A DNA stretch of 64,000 nt from Basidiobolus meristosporus CBS 931.73 (Eukaryota; Fungi; Basidiobolomycota). Positions 50,833 through 62,955 of this stretch are shown one piece after another; the stretch's first letter is position 1; every line of letters begins with the position of its first letter. Where the stretch lies: contig MCFE01000196.1 in assembly GCA_002104905.1 (NCBI GenBank), positions 70,451-134,450 of the forward strand, in the 5' to 3' direction. Made by a program: the position numbers and the translations under genes. The notes beneath the pieces are model-generated. The model had not been told where the DNA came from. It did no database searches and saw only the letters and a list, made by a program, of their open reading frames with translations.

Positions 50833-52230
50833 TTATTTGTGCTCAACGGAGACAACCTTGCCAAGCATGACAGCGGTGTTACCATCGAGGAAAGCGATAC
50901 GGGAGAGACCCTCGCAGTTCTTGAAGCTATCGACGATAAGGGGTTGGATAGGTTCGAAGACAACCTCAGCAGCCTCGGAGGCCTTGAGGGAGTGAGGAGA
51001 CTCGAGCTTCTTACGGCCGGTTTCCTTACCGATCTTCCACTTGAGCTCGGTGATCTTACAGGCGGCACGACCGCAACGGACGAAACCGATGGGGGAGTAT
51101 CCGGGCTTGACCTCTCCTGGGATATCGAGGGTTTGGATTTGAGCAGTGAAGTTCTTGACGGGGCGGAGGGTGTTGTCAGTCTTGTAGACCATGACATCAC
51201 CAGCACGGGGCATGTTACCCTTGTCAAGACCCTTGATGTTCATACCAACGTTGTCACCAGTTTGAGCGAACTCAACACGCTTGTGGTGCATTTCGACGGT
51301 GAAGACCTTACCGGTACAGGGGTTACCAGCGGTGTGGGTGGGAAGGAAGACAACTTCGGTGTTGGGGGTGACGGTACCTTGCTCGACACGTCCGGCAACG
51401 ACATCTCCGACACCCTTGATCTTGTAGATACCGGAAACGGGGAGACGCATGGGGGCATCAGCGTTACGGGAAGGAAGGACGACCATGTCGTTCAAGGCAG
51501 TGAGGAGAGTCTCGACGTGGATCTTGTCACCGTTTTGGTTGACAACATCTTGACCCTTCCACCAGGCCATCTTCTCGGACTTCTTCAACAAGTTGTCACC
51601 TTGCCATCCGGAGATGGGGAGGATGGGAACGGATTGTTCGACGAACTCCTTCTTCCATCCAACCTTGATAAGCATGTTGCGCATTTCATCGCGAATTTCG
51701 TTGTAACGGTCTTCCTTGTAACCAGCGGTATCGGAATCCATCTTGTTAACACCAATGATGAGTTGCTTGACACCGAGAAGGTTGAGGAGACGAGCGTGCT
51801 GGCGGGTTTGGCCTTGGATATCTCCAGCCTTGTGGTCACCCTTTTGGATGGCGGTGGTGAAGTTACCATCGGCGGGAACCATGAGAAGGGCAACATCAGC
51901 TTGAGCGGCACCGGAAATCATGTTCTTGATGAAATCTCTGTGTCCGGGGGCATCAATGATGGTGTAATGCCACTTCTCGGTGAAGAACTCCTTGGTGGTG
52001 CAGGAGATGGTGACACCACGTTCACGTTCATCCTTTTGACGATCCATATAGAAAGCAAAAGCGAAGGAAGATTTACCGAGACGCTCGGCTTCTTGCTTCA
52101 ACTTCTCCATTTCACGCTCGGGGATACCGCCGAGTTCGAAGAGAAGACGACCAGTGGTGGTAGACTTACCGGAATCGACGTGACCGCAGATAACGATGGA
52201 AAGATGGTTCTTGTTGTCGGTAGCAGACAT
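50833..52230 (-). CDS. EFL: Elongation factor-like GTPase EFL (not canonical EF-1alpha)
   Basis: 465-aa ORF with HLSIVICGHVDSGKSTTTGRLLFELGGIPERE, SFAFAFYMDRQKDERERGVTI and GQTRQHARLLNLLG, which are EFL-type signatures. Probable 5'-UTR intron 52288-52242. Confidence 0.93.
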   Translation of the reverse strand: MSATDNKNHLSIVICGHVDSGKSTTTGRLLFELGGIPEREMEKLKQEAERLGKSSFAFAFYMDRQKDERERGVTISCTTKEFFTEKWHYTIIDAPGHRDFIKNMISGAAQADVALLMVPADGNFTTAIQKGDHKAGDIQGQTRQHARLLNLLGVKQLIIGVNKMDSDTAGYKEDRYNEIRDEMRNMLIKVGWKKEFVEQSVPILPISGWQGDNLLKKSEKMAWWKGQDVVNQNGDKIHVETLLTALNDMVVLPSRNADAPMRLPVSGIYKIKGVGDVVAGRVEQGTVTPNTEVVFLPTHTAGNPCTGKVFTVEMHHKRVEFAQTGDNVGMNIKGLDKGNMPRAGDVMVYKTDNTLRPVKNFTAQIQTLDIPGEVKPGYSPIGFVRCGRAACKITELKWKIGKETGRKKLESPHSLKASEAAEVVFEPIQPLIVDSFKNCEGLSRIAFLDGNTAVMLGKVVSVEHK

Positions 52231-52321
52231 ATTGATGGTTACTTGGATAGATTAGCTGTCAAGTTGACGAGGAGGAAATGGAACGTACCACATCTCTTTT
52301 AAATGACAGCCAAACGAGCGG

Positions 52322-52331
52322 TGAAAATTTT
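52322..52331. promoter_or_regulatory. RRPE-like motif TGAAAATTTT upstream of EFL
   Basis: tgaaaatttttttttca about 90 bp upstream of the EFL ATG. Several CCAAT-like boxes lie further upstream. Confidence 0.4.
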
Positions 52332-53090
52332 TTTTTCATGCTGGGGCTTATGTAGGTCCCCTGATTATTGAGAATTCCAGAAGTTCATCAATCCCATCAA
52401 AAACATGGATATTTTCTCACCACTTTCTCGGGGTTTAATTGGCGAGATCTCTATGATTGATAGGTCGACGTTGGAGCGCAGCACAAATCATTCGAGAAAG
52501 ATCCCGAAAGGTCTACTTTTCGATTTATTTTCCATCAATGAGGCTGAGAAAAGAGTTAGGTTAGCCGCTTTTGAACCAATCAGCCGAGTCCCCAGAAAAA
52601 ACTTGATCGAAAATCTACTATCAGATAAGCAGCCTACTGATTGGGCAAATACAGGATTCTCGAATCAGATGACGCGGATGATTGGTTGGATGGTTTGGCA
52701 AATAGTAGTCTCATATTATGTATTATGTGTCACTCTGGTGGGACATCAGATCGCTATAAAGGCTGGGAATTGGGTTCGGATCAGGCATGGAGTTCAGCTC
52801 AGGAGAAGCAGGGTTAGGGTTGCGACCAATTCTAAGTAATACGCAATTTTATTCTATCGAGTGGTAGAGACGGCTTATATTACAAGGGTTGCGCGCGTAA
52901 TCACCAGTTACGGTGGGAAATGTTAACTTAAGCTAGAGTACATCGAATTAATTGGTCGCTTAGATATGTGGAGGGTGGGGTGTGCGGTGTATAGAGTAAG
53001 GTGGCAAAGTGGGTGAAAGGCCAGGCCAGGTCAGTTCAGGGAACATGGGCAGGCTCTATGGTCTGCAAATCCCGTTCTTTGGATTTGTCT

Positions 53091-54022
53091 CTATTCGTCT
53101 ACGATGGGAAGTCCCAGGATGATTCCATCATTGGGGTTGGTAGACGGCGGTCCGGACAATTTTTCTAGATAAGCAGATGCGCGCGGGGCGGGGTGAGCCT
53201 CCTCAATGGTTAAATTGGTGTCGTGCAAGAGCGGCCTTGCCATATTTGATTGTTTGCTCGGAGTACCCACGCAGGGCAGGGTTGCGTACTTGGGGTGACT
53301 GTTTCGATACATCTTCGAGTCACGCACCATCACCTCAAGCATGGTCATGGTGAAATCCACAGGGCCCGTCTTGTAGCCATGATGCAGCATGCAGCTTCGT
53401 GTCTCAAATTGGTTTCGAATCTGGCTCAGCACCACTCGCTGAGTAGGGCCCTCCGGGTAAGTCAGCGTTGCATACCGAAGCAAAAACTGAAGGCAGTACC
53501 GGTCGTTCCACCGGAGTCTGGTCGCTATGTTTCTGCAGAGCTGGATGACCATGAACGGCTCCCAGGCGCTGGTAAAGTGCTGGATGAAGCCTGCCGTGTT
53601 GGATGAGCTCTCGCCAACCACCAGAGTGGCCACCAAATCTACCACCAAAGGCATCCGCCAATCATGGCTCAGCTCTGAGACCAGCGACACGAATTTGGGA
53701 TGGCCAACCCCCCAATGGTAGAACAGCTTAATTAAAAGCTCTGCTGATTTCTGAACGCTCCACTCTTGAACTATCCATCTAATGGCCCGTGTGATGGCGC
53801 CGGAGTTGCTATCCTCGAACTCCACAATGAACTTGCGAAGATAGAACACCACGCAGTCAATGTTGGCTTCATTGCGAATCCATATCTCAAACTGGGTCCC
53901 GTATTGCTGATCCATAGCTGTGTTTGTAGTTATATGGTTAGAGGAGGCTGCAGGCACCCGTAGGCTCAGTTGGAAAGCTTACCACGAATAGTTTCACCAA
54001 CATCAATGTCCAGCACTTGCAT
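53091..54022 (-). CDS. Hypothetical alpha-helical protein, 2 exons
   Basis: Exon 54022-53983 (MQVLDIDVGETIR) splices in phase via gtaagc...ctaac...acag to the long ORF ending at 53091. Confidence 0.7.
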
Positions 54023-55101
54023 GTCTGTTAACAATGTGAGCCAAATGTATACGCGGTGCTCTTGGGGGTCTGTTCATACGTACCATCAGAGCTTAAAGAA
54101 AGTTTAGGCGCAGGGAGGGAATGCTTAAACATTTTCGGAAGTGCGTTGCGAGATAACGTAGAGAGGCAAGGTGGAGAAGATGTGTCTACTGTGTTCGTTA
54201 AAGCGAACTGACCAGACCAAGGCAGAGAAAGAGAAAATTTCGGGAATTGAGCTGGACCGACAAATGGTCGGGTGAGGAGGAATGGTAACGTTTATAGTAT
54301 CTCAGATGCTGGGCTTCTAGCCGATCCGCACCCTACACCCTATACTGTGCACACTGCACCCTTATTTTCATTTGGATTAGCCCGTCTACAATGGATGCCG
54401 ATTTGAAAACTCTTCAACACGGATCCAGGGTGTCCCCTCGATGTTGTGAGCATTCTAACTCCGAAACCGGAAGATGTCCAGGAAATAAGATTACCGATTG
54501 GGATGAGTTCCGCACAATTCTCAGCAATAAGCCGTCTAGGTAGAATGCATGCGTCAGAAACCTTATCGGCATGGGTGGTGATTTTCCGTTACAAACGATG
54601 CGTTCCTCGAGGCATGCAAGTGTGTTTCTAGGCAGCGGATCTTAAATCAATGGACATCCAATTGTCCCTACATTTCCAGCCAATCCTCTGACGCTGTGGG
54701 CCCATATTCCCTCCATGTTGCTTGGCCTTGTTTATGAGTCCGGTGTAGCCCCGGGACTAGTAGCTGTCGCATGTAACATACCGCCACTGATAATTAGCCG
54801 CCAGCTCTCACCCTCATTCTCACCCTCACCTCATCCTCACACACCACAAAATATCCGAATGCGCAAAGCTACCGCGCTGTTGGCTCATCCCAGTGACACC
54901 GACACCAGGTGTTTTGTCGCTGGCGTTTGCCTGATCGGTATTTTTACGACATCGCACCACGTGACTGCGGGTGGCAGCAAGATATCGACATTTGTAGTGG
55001 TAGGCTTGTGCTTTCCGTAATAAGCCACACTGAAACCCGAATGTCTAAGGTGGTGACAAACAATCTTTAATGGCTTTACAATGTACATAGGGGTTCTAAT
55101 A

Positions 55102-57103
55102 TCATTCGGATCCCACTCCACCGGCTTTTAAGCCCAGTGTTAAAATGGCAAAGATTCCTTCGCCAAGAACAAACCCGGACGCCACCACAATCGAGAGTAC
55201 CTGGATCAACCGAGGCGAGGTGCTCCAGTGACTCACCAGCTCAGTCACCAGTGCGCCCATGACCCTTGGTAGAGTGTAGTTGGGCGGGTTGTATATTCCG
55301 ATGGCAAATGCAATACCTGAGGGTAAATAGCGCAGGAGCCGGGACCGCGGGTACCTAGCCTCCAGTATGGGCGGGATCGAAAAAACCACTCCGAAGAAGA
55401 CGGCAAACAGGGAGGACATTGGGGGGAAGTGGATGCCCGTTGACAAGCCGAGACATGTCCAGCCACACCATGGCGGTTGGTGCTTGGAAGATTGGGCCAG
55501 GGATGGTATAAACACTGGTGTATAATTGGTAGGCACAAACCGCAACGAACACCGACACAAAAGACCCTATCAGCTGTCCGAAGAACTGCGCTCGTGGCGA
55601 AGCATGTAGCAAATGACCGGTCTTCATATCTGAGGTAACGTTAGCATCGGCAACACAATGGACTTACCCTTGGCACTTACTAACCTTGCATCATGTCGCC
55701 AGCTTGCTGTGCCCCGGCCTCGGCAATCCCGCCTGCGACAATATTGGCAGCGATCCCTCCAGGAATCACTCCTGCGAATATCACCTGGGACACCTTTCCA
55801 ATTCCACTAACGGGGTTCAAGTCAGTCTCCCCTAACGCCCGCACGGCCAAAACACTCAGCAGACACGCCAACATCACCGATAAAAGGGTCGCGTACACCG
55901 GGATATCAAACAGAATCGTGACAATCACCACACACAATACCGAAGAAAAGCACAGCCCGCCATACATCACCCAGGATGGAACAAGTTGATCGGGTGGGCA
56001 AGGCTCTTCACGTTCGTAGCTTCTAGAAGGCCGACTGCAATGCTGCTGCACCTCCTTGACAACGATCACCCCAAGGCTGACCAAGCTCTCCGAGATCATT
56101 ACCGCTAGAGATATCCACAGAATCCACCCACGCGCGCCAGTCTGCGCGTCGTCGACCGGCCCCTGGGCCCAGCCATGGTAGTAGCTTAGCGGAGACAAAA
56201 GCCCCCAGCCCACTATCGCTCCGAATAGCATGGCTAACGTGGTAGGTAGGCCCATGATGATCCCTTGGCCCATGTATGAAAGCGCTGTTGCCAACTGGTG
56301 AGTGTACTGCCATGATGTTAAACCTCATTGGGCACTTACATGGTGTCAGAAACCAATTCCAACTCTTGGCGGTTTGCCCAAACACCGGCAGTTGCGATAA
56401 GATCGGGACGAAATGGCTTGACAGCGTGTATGCACCGGAAAGGGCAAACGACCACAACAAACATTTCCATTGTGTGCGCCAGCTCACATCCTCCACCGAT
56501 AGGGATTTTTTGTGCAGAAGGCTGATCATTTGCGCAGTTGCCGTGCCTGATGGGAAACGAAGTTTTTCCTTGATGATCTAAGTAAATGCTGGTTATTGTC
56601 GGCCGTGGATCCATTTCCATGGTGAGATAGCATACCACTTGTTTGCGAAGAGGAATGGAGAAGAAAACTCCGAAAAACGCAACACCCAGCCCCCAAAGGA
56701 TCAACTGCGCGCTGCTTAGCACTACGGGTCCTCCCTCTTTTTCTGTCAACAGTGTGAGCGCCGGTATAATCCCCACAAACCCTAAACCCTCTCGAGGTTA
56801 GAGATATATTACGCAAGGGTTGGGGCGGAATAATATAATACCTCCGGCTAACGGCATGGTGGCAGTAGCCACAGCTGTTGTCTGTAGGACCACGTTTTCT
56901 GCCACCCCAAAGGGTACGCTCAGCCATCGCTGAAGGAGCTTGAAAACCACAAAGCCAAGTAGCGAGGATTGTAGAGACATCATCGAGATCCAACCAGTTT
57001 GTAGCCCGAAATACATGTTACTGAAGCAGAGTGCTGAACCGACAAGGAGCCCCGTAAATACTGCTCGAAACTTTAGAATGGAGGCCAGCAGGGTAGTCAG
57101 CAT
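55102..57103 (-). CDS. OPT/YSL-family oligopeptide transporter, multi-exon, with an apparent +1 frameshift at 55421-55426
   Basis: Motifs RAVFTGLLVG..LCFSNMYFGLQTGW, ENVVLQT, LRFPSGTATA, ETDLNPVSGIGK, DMKTGHLL.ASPRAQF, SGFVLGEG. Confidence 0.9.
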
Positions 57104-57820
57104 TTCCTTGTTTCTGGACTTAAATATAACAGCTAGTCAAATAGGCCAGCTTACCGTAAAGTGTGGTAGGGCAGAATCTAGGTTTGCTGAATCAATCAAC
57201 GTGAAAGTGGCTCTTGGGTCGGCTTCATCTTGAGAATTCAACCGTAGAAAAGTACAACTGCATTAGTACAAAGAACAACGAACTGGCGAGTTAGTAACAA
57301 GGGAGAAGTATGCACCTTGAAAAGGTGCATTGGAAGGAGTATCACCAAAGTCGGTCTCTTCCCGCTGGAGCGGTTGGTACCCAGCTGCCAGCATATTGGC
57401 TGTTGAGTTTAGGAGAATGTTCGCATTATGGCATAACTATAACTGTGAATTAAATCAACATGTCTACCAATCCGCACAAAGCATTTTCCCATTTTTACAA
57501 GTATGATCCCAGACGCCGATCTAGAGAACCAGACTTATCCTATATATGCATGTATTACGTTTGATTATTGTTGCTAATCCATATTTCTGAAATGTTTCAA
57601 GCTTAATGCAGGTTGAGTTTCTACTGATTTTAAATGGCCTCCAGTACTGTCCACAAAAACTTTCTGTTAGGGTACTCATGCCTCATAACCTTATTGGTGT
57701 GTTATGCTGCATGATTCTAGGGCGCATTATTGGATGTGATTTGGTATACTAAAAAAATTGTACAATATCCACTTATTGCTTATTGAGCTCCAATAAAGTA
57801 TGTTCACTTTTAGTGAAGCT

Positions 57821-57900
57821 TTGTAAGACTAATGATAGGGATGCTAAGTGACTGGGAGTACAAGTAGAGTATGTGGTTTTCACCTAATGACTTATTCAGG
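57821..57900 (-). repeat. Short Copia LTR fragment
   Basis: ttgtaagact...aagtgactgggagtacaagtagagtatgtggttttcacctaatg aligns to the LTR end at 29566. Confidence 0.65.
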
Positions 57901-60231
57901 ATACAACTTGCATATATATGAATTATGCCAACACCCAAAGGTGTAAGAATGGATGGCATCTGATGGTTATGTTGGGATAGAGTAATCCCAAATATTGGCA
58001 GTTCTAATTCTAATGGCTCCTGTGCTTATTCCTAGACATACTTGGGAGACTGGGACAAGGCACTACTTCAACAGAGTAAATGAGATAAATATGCTATTTG
58101 TATGATGATCACCTTAGTAGCGGAAGATACTGATATCTTAACATGAGACAAATAACGTGAATGTTTCTTATTGCTTTGCAAGCCTTGAAAGTACCGCTTT
58201 GACCGCTTCAATTCTTATGATTGACTGCAATATATGGACATTCATAGGGCAATTGGAATACTGTAGCCATCGATGCCGAATCCATTAATAGAGAAATACG
58301 TGGAGTCACCCGCCCTTCACAGACAATTCAGCTTGGTGTGTTCGGGTCATTGGTATGATTATCCTGTCAAAAACTAGAATTCATCGGATGCTGATCATAG
58401 TCACGTTGTTGTTGCAATAAAGCCGATCAGCAGGATGCCAACTCAAGGTAGGGTTGCCTTCCGCCAAACCTTCACCGTTCATGAAAATGGTCATTAAATA
58501 TGGGAGAATATCATTGATGAATATAGCGAATATCCTTTGACACTCACCCAAGTATCTGTACTAAATGTTATAAACTTAACCAATGGTAGAGCTTTTTGCT
58601 CCATTAATTGGCGTCAAGGAACCACTGGTTGTAAGGATGTTCCGTTGTTGATGTATAATGCTGTAGTCTAAGAATGATGTAGAATGCTGGAGTTCTGGTT
58701 ACCTTGCCACTTTATAGAAGTTCCATGCAACTGTGCAATTAGCTCAAGTTTAGCAAGAACCCAGATATTCGGTACGCCAGCATTCCTATAATGGAATATG
58801 GGGTTTGATCCGATTAAAAAAGCCTAAATATTCATGCGTTCGATGCTCATAGCCCATATAGGCTAATTTATCCAACCCACCGTTCCATTCATCCCAATTA
58901 TACTACGGATCGTATTCGGACGATATATATAATGTATCGAATCACAAGGGTACTCAAGCAGTGAATATTGTAGTGCATATACTGCCAATCAGTCCAATCG
59001 ACCAGTTGGCGCCAAACATTATAGTATAGAAATAGTCGGCTGAAGTGTAAGTAAATGCAAACGCAATGGTATCAACTACGGATACAGTTGCCCAGGAGAT
59101 GGCTTCACTCAATACTTATCGATATCCAACATTCCCTAGTAATGCCGAGTGGTATAAGTTTGGTGCAACCCCGCACGGGTGCAACCCCACACGTAAACCA
59201 ACTTGTGTGTGATAATCATGGTGAAGCATTTTGAGAGTTGTGATCGACTAGAAAGCTTGATAACAATGTGTGTAGCTTGAGACGCTCCGGATACGTGAAG
59301 CGCGTAAAATTGGTATGCAGAGTAATACGTTATTGATTAGAGGAAACAGTAAGCCTTACATGGGTGAAATTATTAATACTCAAGAGATAGACTGGCAGAT
59401 TGCTTTGATATAATGAAGAATTGGGAGTAGTACCTATTGCTAGCCAACAAATATTTTAGGCTATTATACTGTAATATGCCTTATAATAAGTTCATATAAA
59501 TAACTTTGGCAAAAATTCATACAACCAGAAATGTTGATTAGGGGGTGGAGGAGTACGAAATGTGTAAAATGAGGGGAGTACGAAACGTGTAAAATGAGGC
59601 TTGATATAGCTTTAGGTAAAGAGCGGAAGTCCACCCAAGCACCTCAGACTCATTATGAGCCAGAATACTGCACAGGTCCCTATCAGAGGCTTTCAAGGGA
59701 CATCCCCAAACAGCCATACATACATCCCTATCCCTAACCTAAAGAAAATCACGGCTCGGTCTAAGCAAAAAGGTAAGTAAAGCAGTACTCATTGAAATTC
59801 TTACTAGCATATGGAATGAAGACAATCAATATCATCAGAAAAGGCTACAACCATTGCAGAGCATACACTATCTCAAGAATTGGTATGATATGATCGTTAC
59901 AATGTACCAGAACTCTCCCGCTCTCTCTCTATATGCTTAATATGGATTCAGCTATAGTAAGCGTCATGTGAGGATGCCAGCACTAGCTGTCCCATCTAAA
60001 TCAGCTTGATCAAACAATCCTCAGTTCGATTAAATCCATTTTAGAGGTTGGTTTTCTTATGTTGTACTATGCTATAGCAACAAATGTACCATGTGGAAGG
60101 AAAGCTTAGAATACGGGAAACCAAATGAACCAAAAATTTCCCATAGCACAGCATCACAATTGCATGGATGTAATACTTTTCAGGTACTGAACCTGCTGGA
60201 GAGCTTCCAAGTTCCCAGAAACTTTGGCAAG

Positions 60232-60239
60232 TATAAAAG
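60232..60239 (+). promoter_or_regulatory. TATA box of the small peptide gene
   Basis: TATAAAAG about 70 bp upstream of the ATG at 60303. Confidence 0.55.
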
Positions 60240-60302
60240 ATCAGCATTGATTAGTTTCAAGTCCATCAAATTGGTGTCTTCTCTCCAGCTGTCTTTTGAA
60301 AG

Positions 60303-60470
60303 ATGAACCTATCTGTTGCTACTCTTCTCTTGACTTTCGTTGCTCTGGCCACCTTGACTACTGAGGCTACTCCAGTTCCTGGCGGTGATACTATTGAACC
60401 TCTTGCTTGCTGCGTCGAATGGTGTGTTGATCAAAATAGATGCTGCCGTTGGAATGCTTGCCTCCCATGA
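60303..60470 (+). CDS. 55-aa secreted cysteine-rich peptide precursor
   Basis: MNLSVATLLLTFVALATLTTEATPVPGGDTIEPLACCVEWCVDQNRCCRWNACLP*: signal peptide, short pro-region, six Cys. Upstream TATA, downstream AATAAA (~60496), and T/C-ending codon bias. Below the 60-aa cutoff of the ORF track. Confidence 0.75.
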   Translation: MNLSVATLLLTFVALATLTTEATPVPGGDTIEPLACCVEWCVDQNRCCRWNACLP

Positions 60471-62955
60471 ATCAAGCTGCTTAGTCTGCTGAATGAATAA
60501 ACGGATCTATGTGGCAGCGGTCCCATTTAGTGGTATTCTCCAAAGTGTGATGTTTGTTGACCCTAATTACTGGTAAAACCCAAATCAACCGGTATCTATG
60601 CTGTAAATCCCGCGCATAAAAGTTACACTAAGTGGAAACAAGGTGAGAAGCCATGCAATGAAAAGCAATAACGGCATAAGCGATAAGAGTATTACTTCAA
60701 TACAAATGCTTGAGGTATTTGGACTGTAGTACCTACTCACCGGGTGTTTGACCAGTATGATGCGTGTTAGCCTTGTGATTGGTTGGTTAGATGTCGTAGT
60801 TGTTGGAATCAATGCCAAGATGAAGTACTGCTTGGGTCCAATTGGGGAGAAGTAAAGCCCAGAGTCAGTAAAAAACAAGTTTGAAGGCTAGCTAGTAAAC
60901 AGGTGTATACATGTGTGAATACGCAATATGGTTTGGGGATTGGTGGAACTCTAGTACTCCATCCTTCTGTTCCATAATTGATGCAAAATAGCCATGAATT
61001 GCAATGCTATTGGAGGATTATCGCTCGTAATGCTTTGAATCAATGTAAAGTGATTTCTGACATGAGAACAGATACATACTTATATGAATTTGTATTTGTT
61101 TGACAACAATCCTGGCCCTGGGTTCAATAATTTGAGGCGGTTGCCGATCAAATTGATTGGGATTGATTGAGTAAGCATTCACATCCAAATTAACTTCACC
61201 ATGTCACTTACATCTCACTCATCATTCTGGCTGAGAGTCATGTATAGGCCTTCACTGTATATTTCCATATCATCTATCTATATGGGTTTGGCAGGAGTAG
61301 CGTGTACAGCAGCAATATATATGTATGCAGGTGCTGCAGTAAAGAGCCTTTCTACTTTTCAGCACTATATTCAAGCATTGTTCTAGCCCTGATCTTTTTC
61401 AGTGTTATGGAAATTTGTTGGCATCTACAGGGTACTCCTTAAGTTCTGATTGGACAAATATACAAAGGGTAACTGAGCATAAGTTTACATAATAAAGGAG
61501 GAATTCCAGGATAAACTAATAACATCAAGAATTATGATTGTACAAAGTAAGTGGTACGTAAGCTTGGGTGTTGTGGAAAAACTACTGAAGGAGTGATTTT
61601 GTAACCAAGTATTTGTTCTTTTTGTGGGACTTGATTATGGATATTTAATAGGCATGGAATACTTTTGTAAAGTCAATATTATGAATAAACTAAAGAATTC
61701 CTGGGTAAGATATACTACATGTTTATCAAAGATTTCTGATTTGCATCAACAGAATACAGTATACTATTACATACAACATACAGGCTTTTATACGCACTCT
61801 TTCTAGGCAAAGTTTGATGGCTAGCAGATATTTTTTTTAAAGGCTATGCGCATTAATGGCTGCATTTGGGGTGCAATACTATCACAAGAGCATATTATAA
61901 GTATATGCATGCCATAGAAAAATATTTTGGAAATTTCTGATAGGGACTTGGTTGAGTTTTGAACTCCGACTTTTGGGTACGATGTTGAGTGCTGCAAAAG
62001 ATAGGGGATCATCGTAAGCATAATATTCAGAACATTTAATAATAAAAGTCCAAATTAGAAGCCAAAAGATGGTTTTGCGGATTAGTATCTAATTGTAGCT
62101 GCTTTGTGTACTCTTTTGCACACTAAGTTGCACTTTCATTCCGGAATACAAGTTCACACTTACATCATGTATTGTTTTCTGTTGCTTACGAAATACCAAA
62201 GTTAAAATCTGATAAACAAGTGAGCGTTCCGCTGGGCTACGCATTATTAGCAATCAAACATTCCATATACACAGGCAATGTGAACATTCTCCCACCTTTG
62301 CTTTATCCCAAACCCTGATTGTTACAAATATTTCAAAATATCTCGCGTTTTGCCTTTAACAGAATAGTGTCTATCCAAGTTGGCAGACATTGTTAATGTC
62401 GTACGTACATTAGATTTGTGCCTTGCCAGAGATCATAAGTCATTCATATCATATATGTTTTCGACTATATTGTGGTTTTATATGATGGAGATAGATGCTG
62501 ATATGCATTGTACGCATTTCAATTCATATCTAGCACAAGCTCCACACAAATGGGTATCGATATAAAACAACTTGGGCTTGACATTGTCATGGACAGCTAC
62601 ACTTCAATATTCATGCACCTTTGCCTAATTTGAGGAGTTACCAACTCATTCTCACGTTACAATAAAGAAAAATCTTGATTTCCTTAGAATTGGTTTCTTA
62701 GGCTTTTTGACCCAACAGGCTCAAGAAGCAGGGCCATTGAGAAAGGTAGAGGGCGATGCATCATTCTGGTCACAACGAGAGAGCCTGCTTCCGTTACACT
62801 GCAGAATGAAAAATTCTTTTGGGCATTGTAAGCATTCATGAACCAAGTATATATAAGAAGCTACCCCTCACAATTCAAGGTATAACATCTCACTTGGAGT
62901 AATAATCGTCTCCCCCCCAGATAAATATCTTGCAACATCAAATCACCTGTCAATT

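Noticed and set aside
50833-52230. Calling this canonical EF-1alpha (TEF1)
   Set aside because: Signature segments (SIVICGHVD, ELGGIPERE, AFAFYMDRQK, GQTRQHARLL) are EFL-type.
50803-52302. 499-aa plus-strand ORF
   Set aside because: It is the exact antisense shadow of EFL, expected from strong codon bias. No independent promoter or motifs.
58200-59220. Possible pseudogene in one minus-strand frame
   Set aside because: About 10 stops in about 250 codons, near random expectation for this AT content, and no recognisable motif.
59655-59895. Short two-exon ORF (MSQNTAQVP...)
   Set aside because: It needs a 35-nt intron, has no signal peptide or motif, and nothing else supports it.
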